Source: Octopus bimaculoides (lineage: Eukaryota). Taken from it: a DNA stretch of 33,173 bases. Under the pieces are notes generated by a model that saw only the letters and a list, made by a program, of their open reading frames with translations, was not told where the DNA came from and ran no database searches. Shown here one piece after another: positions 23,745 to 33,173 of this stretch. The first letter of the stretch is position 1; each line of letters begins with the position of its first letter. A program made the translations under genes and the position numbers. The stretch spans positions 4,323,491-4,356,663 of the forward strand of contig NC_069004.1 of the NCBI RefSeq assembly GCF_001194135.2. Direction: 5' to 3'.

Positions 23745-24964
23745 TTACCTATATCAGTCAATGAGATCGCCATTACGTATCTTTGTCTAAATATATACGC
23801 CCTTTTCTTCACACCAAATTCCCTCCCCTCCCTTCCATCCATTCATTATATCTTGCTCTTCAACTTTTATCCCCTCCGACTCTTTCCCTACAAATTCCTC
23901 TTCACGTCTCTCTCTCTCTCTCTCTTTCTCAATTTCCTGTCAATTTCTCCCTCGTGCTTCTGTCTTCCTCTCTCTATCCCTACCTCTTCACAGTTTTCCT
24001 ATTTTCCCTACTAATATCCGACAATGAGGAAAAGCAAAAAAATCAAATTGCTAACGATTCCTCAGCTAAGTTGGTTAGTGTTAAATATAGTTGTGCAGAC
24101 TCAACTCTCTTGTGCTGCTTTCCAAATTACTGTCATTAATGCTCTCCGTCATTGTCCTTACCTTTCCTCATTAACTCGCTTAGCTTACACTCCAACAACA
24201 GAGCCTATTATATCTGTAAACTTATAATGGGAACAACTACATTATTGATGCCAATTATTTTATTTTTGGCATATCTGTCCATCCATATACTATTCATTTC
24301 TTTAGTACACACGATTCGGCTTCAGCCAGGAAAGCTAAAACCAGGCTGCAGCATTACCGTTACCGAGTAATACTCGTTACTCTCTCTGTTATAGCGGAAG
24401 CTATTGTGGTTGAATAACTCGACGTCTTCAATGAGTATTCTTACAAAAGATGCAGGCACAACCACATATATAGATATATAAATATACATTGAGGGAGTGG
24501 AACAGGTAATATTCAGGCTACATATTACATGCAGTTAACTTGGGGTCCCTTAAGGACAATATAACCTGTACATAATTAAGGTATCTTCGGCCTGGGGTGT
24601 AGCTAGCTGAGTACTCCACGTTGATTAATTATTACATCTGAAGATCTGCTCTCTAGGAAACATATGTAGCCTCAATTTTAGTTGCTCCAAACCCTCAATT
24701 TGGATTTTTATTCGCATACATAGTAAGGCAGGTTGCTAATCGTAAGTCTTGAAAATTTTTTTTCCAGCTTATCGGACTTCAATATGAGTAAAGCCTACAA
24801 CCCACGCCAAAAAAATTTTATTGTTTCATGAACGATGTGTTTTTATACCTACCACAAACTGTTTTGAGGCTTACAGACTATCTGCATTTACATCCTTTGG
24901 TCTTATAATTACATATCAATATAGTAATATAGTAATATAGAGAGGTTTGTATGTAAATAAGATA

Positions 24965-25300
24965 TATATGCGCGAGTTTCCCTCTGAATTCATAAGCCAC
25001 CATACACGGCCGGTGGCAAGTCTTCCCCGTGTTATACCTTCTCTCCGCGGTGTGCCCCCACAGACGCGATCCAACGCCACCAGGAAGCCGTCGGGTTCTG
25101 GAACAGACGCCGTCTGGAATTCACCATTGCCATCCAGTTAACCGGGTTACGGACCTAGCACCACCGGTGTAAGACTTTTCCACCTTGGGGGACCCTACCA
25201 GGGACTCGAAGTCCCCGACGGCATAGCTCTGACAGTAACTCGTTTAACCATCCCACCATGATGAGGTCAAGGGTTGTACTTTGCGGAAGGGGCCGGCCGT
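24965..25300 (-). mobile_element. GC-rich 5' end of an RTE-type LINE with a second HDV-like motif
   Basis: Sharp GC-rich island. Shares AGAGCYAUGCCRUC, a hairpin and UGRUARGG with the 20787-20930 motif. P3 ACC/GGU encloses the 7-nt loop UCAUCAU. Confidence 0.6.
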
Positions 25301-25630
25301 ATATTCTTTATAGAGTAATGTAGACTAACCACCCTAACCAACCTTAGGTTGCAACATCTAAAAAAAAAAATCTAAAGAATATGAATCTTACAGCCATACT
25401 GTCGATATAACATTGTTTATAACCTGGGAAATTATATTTTGATTAAAAACCAGACAGAAAGCAATATATATCAGAGTGGAAATATATTAAGAGAAAAGGA
25501 AATGTGATATAAAAGATCTCATTGTACAATCAATGTATCTAAAATGATTGATCATGGACAGCACACAAAAGAAAAAGATGGCAACAAAAAAAAATCCCCG
25601 AGACATATTTAGCTGAAATAGTATCTGTTA

Positions 25631-25911
25631 TATCGTTTACTTGTCTCAATCATTGAACTACAGCCGTGCGACAGCGCCACCTTAACTTGTTTTAGTAGAA
25701 CTAATCTGCCTCTGTTCTTAGTCCTTTTTTTTAAAGTCTGGTAATTATTGTCGCGTCTTCTTTTACGGCAGGCTTCCATACAGTTTCCGTCTAAGAAATT
25801 TGCTCAAAGGCAAGTAGAAAGCACTTGCTCAAAGTGCCGCGCAGTGGGGTTGAACCTGAAACTACGTCGTTTCTAACTGAGCTTCTTAACCATAGCGCCA
25901 CACCTGCACCT
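25631..25911 (-). mobile_element. SINE family B with tRNA-like head and internal deletion
   Basis: Minus strand: ggtgcaggtgtggcgctatggttaagaagc...ggttcaaccccactgcgcggcactttgagcaagtgc...gacggaaactgtatggaagcctgccgt, then a degenerate tail. Confidence 0.8.
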
Positions 25912-26324
25912 ACACAAGTACATAGTCGTAGATATTCCATGACTGAGATTTATTTCTCATAGATTCCTGAATTTTTTTTTTTTTACTTTTACTCTTTCGT
26001 TGGCATAAGCATCAGTTTCTTCGCACAAAAGAAAACAAAATTCATCTTAGACATGATAGTTTGAGTAGGAATAATTATATTCAGCGATGCTTCTGGGGTT
26101 GAATAAGTTGGGTATTTTGGTAAAATTCTTCATTTTTATATATTATGTGTTACTCATTCAATTGTTGCTATACATAAATTTGTATTTTTAAAATTAGGTT
26201 TTGTTTTGAAGCTAATGTTTAGTTAGAAGGTGTTCCTAAAGAACAGCGTCGGAAATTTATGTAGAGACATGTCTTTGGGGAGATGGAGGATATTGACGCT
26301 TCTGTTCTGTTACTTCTTGTGAAA

Positions 26325-26353
26325 GGAGTGAAGAAGAAGAAGAAGAAGAAGAA

Positions 26354-26384
<31 letters not shown>

Positions 26385-26432
26385 AAGATGACAATGAAGA
26401 AGAAAATGATGATAATGATGAAGAAGAAGAAA
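26325..26432. repeat. (GAA)n/(GAT)n microsatellite
   Basis: Directly visible. Confidence 0.97.
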
Positions 26433-26933
26433 TGTATTTCTCTGACAAACAAAGTGTCAATTCTAGACAGTAAATATCCTTCTTTTCCTCCGTGGAATAT
26501 GGAATATGGATTGATGCAAACCGTCGAACTTCAGTTTTTTTTTTTGGTTGGCATAAACATATGACATATTTCCAGAAGAGANNNNNNNNNNNNNNNNNNN
26601 NNNNNNNNNNNNNNNNNNNNNNNNNNNNNNNNNNNNNNNNNNNNNNNNNNNNNNNNNNNNNNNNNNNNNNNNNNNNNNNNNNNNNNNNNNNNNNNNNNNN
26701 NNNNNNNNNNNNNNNNNNNNNNNNNNNNNNNNNNNNNNNNNNNNNNNNNNNNNNNNNNNNNNNNNNNNNNNNNNNNNNNNNNNNNNNNNNNNNNNNNNNN
26801 NNNNNNNNNNNNNNNNNNNNNNNNNNNNNNNNNNNNNNNNNNNNNNNNNNNNNNNNNNNNNNNNNNNNNNNNNNNNNNNNNNNNNNNNNNNNNNNNNNNN
26901 NNNNNNNNNAAAAAAAATATAAATGTTGTCTAA

Positions 26934-27345
26934 GGTGGCGAGCTGGCGGAAACGTTAGCACGGCGGCATGTCGTCTGTCTTTATGTTCTGAGTTCAAATT
27001 ACGCCAAGGTCGACTTTGCCTTTCATCCTTCGGGGTCGATAAATTAAGTACCAGTTACTCACTGGGGTCGATGTAATCGACTTCAACTCTTTGTCTGTCT
27101 TTGTTTGTCCCCTCTATATTTAGCCCCTTGTGGGCAATAAAGAAATAAGAAACGTTAGCACGCTGGGCGAAATGCTTAGCGGTATTTCGTCTGTCTTTAC
27201 GCTCTGAGTTCAAATTCCGTCGACTTTGCCTTTCATCCTTTCGAAGTCGATAAATTAAGTACCAGTTGCGTACTGGGGTTAATCTAATCAACTGGCCTCC
27301 TCCCCTAAAATTTCGAAGCTTGTGCCTCTAGTAGATAGAATATTA
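26934..27345 (+). mobile_element. Head-to-tail SINE family A dimer (26934-27148 and 27149-27345)
   Basis: The first unit ends ...gggcaataaagaaataa. The second starts directly at gaaacgttagcacgc and ends with a different tail (...cccctaaaatttcgaagcttgtgcctctagtag). Confidence 0.9.
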
Positions 27346-27909
27346 AAATTTTTTTGCCGTTTTATCAAAGTGCGTCATGCAAGCTAAAACACTCTTCTTT
27401 CTACGACACGGTGTACGTCTCGTAGTCGAGAATCGGTATCACGTTCCATATATCTCTACCAGCGGTGGTCACAGAGGAAATGAACACTTTCAAGAATATA
27501 TCACGTTATAGAAGTAATAAATTTTTTCACTTATTTTCCCCACAGATTAAATTTACCTTATATAGAACTAATTTATTACAATTTTCATATGAATTATGAA
27601 TGAACTTTATAATAACCATATACGTTGATAATTTACCTAACGTTTTATATTTAATATTTTCTATCAGATTTATTTCTAGGTAACTATGCTTGGTAATCAG
27701 TTTATTATTAATAGATGTTAATGTTTGGAAGTCAACGACCGACCAGTTGTCCAAATAAATATTTTGAAGTTTACGTCTGAATAACATTTAGAAAACTCTG
27801 ATATATTCTAATTGAAAGAAAAAGTCATTTCTATAGATTTCATTGCTTTCCAAATTCATTTCAGTTATGAGCTCACAATTCTATGGGGGTTGCTAGTTAA
27901 ATTCGTTCA

Positions 27910-28150
27910 TTTTTACTTCCGAGGTATTGTTTTCAGTCGTGTTTGTTCGCTTGTTTGTCCATGGAAAATATATCTCAAGAACCGCTGGATGGATTCGGAT
28001 GAAACTTTGAGAAATGTTTCGCCTCGTGACTGGTACGAACTGATTAGATCTTGGGATCGATCCGGTACTGGATAAAGGTTCTGGATTATTTTTCTCTTTC
28101 TTTCTTACTTAATTTTTGAGAGCGGTCGGGTTAATTTTCAGTATTCTTGA
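27910..28150 (+). mobile_element. Non-autonomous HINE/Helentron-like DNA element
   Basis: ttttactt...tgttttcagtcgtgtttgttcgcttgtttgtcc...atatctcaagaaccgctggatggattcggatgaaacttt...gattagatcttgggatcgatccgg resembles DINE-1/HINE-type elements as I remember them; not database-confirmed. Confidence 0.55.
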
Positions 28151-28158
28151 AGAATTTG

Positions 28159-28206
<48 letters not shown>

Positions 28207-28424
28207 NNNNNNNNNNNNNNNNNNNNNNNNNNNNNNNNNNNNNNNNNNNNNNNNNNNNNNNNNNNNNNNNNNNNNNNNNNNNNNNNNNNNNNNNNNNNNN
28301 NNNNNNNNNNNNNNNNNNNNNNNNNNNNNNNNNNNNNNNNNNNNNNNNNNNNNNNNNNNNNNNNNNNNNNNNNNNNNNNNNNNNNNNNNNNNNNNNNNNN
28401 NNNNNNNNNNNNNNNNNNNNNNNN

Positions 28425-28459
<35 letters not shown>

Positions 28460-28460
<1 letters not shown>

Positions 28461-28632
28461 GGGTAAGATGTATTTTATCTGTCCTAATGTTCTGAGTTTA
28501 AATTCTGACTTGGTCGAATTTGCCTTTCATCCTTTCGGGGTCAGTAAAATAAGTAGCATTTGATCACTGGTTTCGATATAATCGATTTGCTTTCTCCACC
28601 GAAATTGCTGTCCTTGTGGCAACATTCGAAAC
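28460..28632 (+). mobile_element. SINE family A, 5'-truncated and degenerate
   Basis: gttctgagtttaaattc...ggtcgaatttgcctttcatcctttcggggtc...aaaataagta. Confidence 0.8.
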
Positions 28633-28639
28633 CAATACT

Positions 28640-29413
28640 GAAGTCGTTGATCGGTTCTCAGTCATGTCTGATCAACGTGAAAGTAGAATAAACAGCACAT
28701 CAGAATCTTGTACCTTGTATTTTTAGAGATACTATGATTACATTGCATAAATAATGAGTTCCTTTCCTATTTAAATAGTAGGCTAGTATTTGAGGAACTG
28801 TTGTGTACTATAGCTAAGAGATTGCTGTTGTTGAGCGTTCATGTTTAGCCCTAGAATATATTTGATGGCAATACATATATGATCAATGGCTCTCGATCTG
28901 CAATCGATTATTTTTCTTTTCTGTGATACCAGGACTACATTATTTAATGTATAATTTCGTCCGTTCCACTTTCGTTAAAATAGCAAATCGGAATTTGAAG
29001 GAGAATTGACTATTATTTCTAATATCTTTTGCAGCAACATTGTGGCTCCCTCTCACGGTAATTTAGAAGAATATTGATTATTTATGGTAGCTCCTTTTTC
29101 ATTCGGTTTTCTGAAGTGCTATATTTTTTTTTATTATACATTTATTGCTGCAAGATTTAATGTACCTGCTGATTATTGGATGCGGCCTCACTTACCAATA
29201 CTGTATCTAGGAATCCATTAGTTAGGAATTCTGTCAAAGGTTTCCGGTAATCAATCCATGCGTTCCTTAAATTCCTTTTTTTCTGTATCCACTAAACTTA
29301 CAGTCTTCAGTTGCGACTTTCTTTTCCATTATATTTATTCATAGTTTTATTCTGATTTTAGCAGACCTAGTAAGCTTCCTGACATTTTTGTATGTTCTTG
29401 CGGTAAAGGAGGC

Positions 29414-29453
<40 letters not shown>

Positions 29454-29760
29454 GTTATTATTATTCTTATCATTATTATTATTATTACTCTCTTTCAGGA
29501 AAGCATTTATCTATTTCTGCAACGATTACATTGATATAAATGTCTTCAGTGAAGTATTTTAGTGAGGTAAACCTATTGTTCTATAGATCTGAAGGTTTAT
29601 AAAATAATTTTTTTTTTCTTCTTCGGTTTTTCAAGATTAATGCAATTTTCCTTTCTGAAATTATGGAAGTGTAGTTTTTCAGGAGGTTTTATTATTTTTT
29701 TTCGAAGCTTTTACCTGAACAGTTAAACATTACTGCAAGTGCTTTTTACTTAAACCACAA
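28640..29760 (-). mobile_element. Decayed R4/Dong-like reverse transcriptase segment interrupted by (TAA)n
   Basis: Across broken frames, the expected RT motifs appear in order: WFK..LAVMFN, YRTIGLP, TEDCK..RKKRNLRNAWIDYRK (29261-29241), PHPIISRYIK, KNTRYKI, LFY...DQRLQ. Confidence 0.7.
29417..29488. repeat. (TTA)n microsatellite
   Basis: Directly visible. Confidence 0.97.
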
Positions 29761-29950
29761 ATTGGTTGTTTTATCATTAATAGGTTTAGCGAAAATAAGG
29801 ACTGCACGTAGGCCGACTAGGTAGTGTGTCCATCAAAAGAAAATGCCGTATATAGTCACGTTTATGCTCGTTCTGATCTCAAACCAAGTGAAGGTTTTAA
29901 TTGTTTTGTGTCTTCCACCATTCCGATGCCAAGGAAATAAAATGTTATCA

Positions 29951-30150
29951 TTTTTGATCTTGTACTTCAGTCAGTCATTGGACTACGGCCATGCTGGAGT
30001 ACAGCCTTCAAAGTTCTTAGCTTCACAAATCACGCCTGTTCTTATTCATTTTCTTTTCTTACGTCTGGAAATTATTCTATCGGTTTTCATTTGCGAAGCG
30101 CTAGGCTACAAGAACGTCAATAAACAACGGTTCTGTGGCGGTGGGCGGTG
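29951..30150 (-). mobile_element. Degenerate SINE family B 3' tail
   Basis: cagtcattggactacggccatgctggagtacagcc...attattctatcggttttcatttgcgaagcgctag. Confidence 0.7.
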
Positions 30151-30242
30151 AGAAGCCCAGGCACAAATACACACACACACACGCGCACACACACGCACAC
30201 ACACACGCACACAGATATACACACACACAAGTGTATATTCTT

Positions 30243-30458
30243 TCATTCTTTTACTCATGTTTCAGTCATTTGACTGCGGCCATGCCCGAACACTGCTTTT
30301 AGTCGAAGAAATCGACTCCAGAACTTATTCTTTGTAAACCTAGTACTTATTCTATCGGTCTCTTTTGCCGAACCGTTAGCTTTAGGGGGACGTAAACTCA
30401 CCAACATCGGTTGGTTGTCAAGCGATGGTGGAGGACAAACACACAAACACACACACAA

Positions 30459-30497
<39 letters not shown>

Positions 30498-30656
30498 TAT
30501 GTATGTATGTATGTATGCGTGTATATACGATGGGCTTCTTTCTGTTTCCACCTGCTAGATTCATTCACAATACTTTGGTCCTCCCAACTATAGTAGAAGG
30601 CACTTGTCCAAGGTGCCATGCAGTGTATCGGAACTGGAACGATGTGGTTGGGAAGC
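30243..30656 (-). mobile_element. SINE family B, most complete body, internal microsatellite and tail
   Basis: Minus strand: partial head, ggcaccttggacaagtgccttctactatag..., agaagcccatcgtata, (TA)/(CATA)/(TG)n, cgcttgacaacc..., cggttcggcaaaagagaccgatagaataagtactagg..., ggccgcagtcaaatgactgaaac. Confidence 0.92.
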
Positions 30657-30696
30657 AATATATATATATATATATGTGTGTGTATGTGCGTGTTTA

Positions 30697-30847
30697 CGTA
30701 TTTTAAGTTCGCTCGTGAGGCAAAGGTCGTCCCGGGGCTGTAATAGAAGACACTTGTGCAAGGTGCGACGTGCTGCGCAGTGTGACTGAACCTGAACCGA
30801 CGTGATTGCGAAGTGAGCTTCTTAACCGCTAAGCCATATTTGCGCCT
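30697..30847 (-). mobile_element. Additional SINE family B head in tandem upstream of the previous copy
   Basis: Minus strand: aggcgcaaatatggcttagcggttaagaagc...ggttcagtcacactgcg...caccttgcacaagtgtcttctattacagccccggg. Confidence 0.85.
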
Positions 30848-31164
30848 AAATTTATTTGAAAAAATTATCGATACTGTCATTCTCAATGTAGTTATATATG
30901 CAACAACCACTGTAGTTAGAAAGGAAAGCGGGTACCTAGCCTCCCACAGTACCACCACCATCGCCACCATCACCACTCGAGATCCATTGTAGTATGAATA
31001 TCAAAAATGCCAAGCCACAACGGAAAAATAAAGAAATATACAGAATATATTTTAGAAAATAAGGGGGAAATGGTTTAATCGTTAATAAAATCAATAACAG
31101 AATGACATAACTTAAAAACGGGGCATTTTATTTCATATTTTAAAAATATAACATAATAAAAAGT

Positions 31165-32050
31165 ATCCGAAATCAAAGAAGGCTTGAAACAAGTGGTCCT
31201 CGCTAAAATTACAAAGAATCCGTTAGTATGGAAAGTGCCAACGATTCTTTGAACAAAACAAGCAGTTCAACTTGAACCCTAATCGATTTCAAAAACATAG
31301 TAAAAATATAACAGAAATCAATACGGCACCAACAGCAAATAGAATCGTGATAGATACAGAAGCTTAGATAAAAGAATTAAGCCAAACAAAGCCATAGAAT
31401 TATTTTGGGAATCAATGAAATAGAATACACAAAAGAATGACAACTTTAGGAGGGAATAGTGGAAGCGAATAAACGTATGTGATGGCAAACGAGACGCATG
31501 GTTCCATTAGACGTACCCCACATTTCAGCGGCATATGCTGAGGAAAGCTATGTTAGTGCATTAAGGCTTGAAGTAGATTGTATTAAAGTATCTCTGCGTA
31601 AATAAGGACCTAGAGAGATTTTCTTCAGGCATTTCGTTTTGGACAAATTGTATCTTATATGACATAAAATACGGTAGGTGGATAATTAAGACAGAGCTAA
31701 ATGCTAATTATACGGTACTAATTATCAATAGTGTTGAGGTCACTGAAATCATTTCAAATTATAGTATTCCCAACGGGACGCAAACAAACGTGCAGATCTA
31801 AGGAGAAATATCAGAAAATTAATGACTGCTTTTAGAACACACTTGTTAAGGTATAACATAGAAATTTTATATTTACCACAAATACAGCAATAGAGGTATG
31901 GTGCAACTGGGAAATTATTATAAGATATTATAAGATATTATTGGACACATTCAATTAGAAATGAATATAAAGAAGTACTTTTCTCAAACGCCATTCGATA
32001 TGGAGCATATCAACCGGAATCCTTCATAGAAAGATGATTATATTTTTATA
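31165..32050 (+). mobile_element. Decayed R4/Dong-like LINE, pre-RT and early RT region
   Basis: IKEGLKQVVLAK(frameshift)LQRIR*YGKCQRFFEQNKQFNLNPNRF matches the R4-type LKQKxxAxxQRxRRYxxRxxFxxQNxxF motif. ELFWES and KLMT-like words follow; the 3' part is heavily eroded. Confidence 0.65.
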
Positions 32051-32519
32051 CTTACTCCTGAGGATTATACATGTGGGAATGTATTATAAAATGTCTACGG
32101 TATGAATGCAAATATATCGCGTAAAAACAGAGAATATTTATAAAAATTTCTGCAAAAAAAAACAAAAAAAAAAACAAAACGAAAAAGATATTTTATATCT
32201 GCATAACATAATTATTGTATGTATATTGTTTAAAATCCAGAAGCTACGGTTTTCTTCCGGGAAAAAATTGCTTTATAGACATGATGTGTTTTAACACATC
32301 TAAAGCATATTGTTCTAAGAATATACTTTAGAAATGGGCGAAACGAAGCCGGCTCGGAAATGAATGCGCGAGCAATACACGCGCATTTCGCTGTTTTTGC
32401 AGCTTATCAATGTTATATATTTGTGTAGCTTCCGAAATGCGGAAAAGAATCGAACAGTGTAAAGTGTGTAAGACATAAGGTATAAACATGATAATGTGTC
32501 CATATATTATCTTTACAAC

Positions 32520-32561
32520 TTTTACATACATAAATACATACATACATTCATACATACCTAC

Positions 32562-32604
<43 letters not shown>

Positions 32605-32729
32605 CGTGTGTGTGTGCATGTGTATGTATGTATGTATGTGTGTATTTATTGCCTTCTTCTTCGCCTTCTTCTTCTGCATCAGCACCATCACTAAAACCAC
32701 CAATAGCACCACCACCACCATCATCAACG

Positions 32730-32775
<46 letters not shown>

Positions 32776-32909
32776 AAGCAGCAGCACCGTCCCCGTCAAT
32801 CCTAAGACAAGTTCTTTTCAAGGTAACATTTTTTTGATTGATTGCTGACAATAGTTGAGTAAAATTATAATTGGTGATTGATCATCATCATCATCATTAT
32901 TATTATTAA

Positions 32910-32940
<31 letters not shown>

Positions 32941-33133
32941 GTTGTTGTTGTTGTTGTTGTTGTTGTTATTATCATTATTATTTTATTCGATTGCACAGTT
33001 CGATTGCACAGCTGTGCATATTTCTGTTTGATTGAATCATCGAAAGATAAATCTAAGTTGACATTCTCCTTCGATATGTCAGCTGTAATGAAAAAAATAT
33101 ATTAACCGGCATTAGCTGAACGGGATGGGTGAC

Positions 33134-33173
<40 letters not shown>
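32520..33173. repeat. Compound (TA)n/(TG)n/(CTT)/(CAT)n/(ATT)n/(GTT)n/(GA)n microsatellites
   Basis: Directly visible. Confidence 0.95.

Noticed and set aside
24330-24450. Possible minus-strand 76-nt exon (ILIEDVELFNHNSFRYNRESNEYYS)
   Set aside because: Weak AAG acceptor and no recognisable protein; insufficient support.
24965-25300. Twister ribozyme, known from some RTE 5' ends
   Set aside because: No GCCGGUCCCAAGCCCGG-type core on either strand by eye.
28640-32050. Twin-priming 5' inversion of a single R4 insertion
   Set aside because: The orientation fits, but the two pieces overlap by several hundred nt of homologous RT sequence, which suits two copies better.

Overview
Eukaryotic, AT-rich, repeat-saturated DNA with 9 N-gaps (about 3.4 kb in total), most of them abutting microsatellites. 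The SINE sequences and microsatellite load point to an octopus genome (recognition from memory, not a database result). I could not identify an intact protein-coding gene; most ORFs in the supplied track are microsatellite or N-gap artefacts. Supported content: three tRNA-headed SINE families (here A, B, C), including dimers and head/tail chimeras; decayed LINE fragments (three R4/Dong-like, RTE-like, one possible CR1-like); a hairpin MITE; and a HINE/Helentron-like element. The most interesting signal is a minus-strand motif present twice (about 20787-20930 and 25138-25300) at the 5' ends of RTE-type elements. It fits an HDV-like (delta) ribozyme fold, and the first copy heads an internally deleted bipartite RTE element. 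A few exon-like and promoter-like signals are reported as low-confidence hypotheses. All alignments and folds were done by eye.
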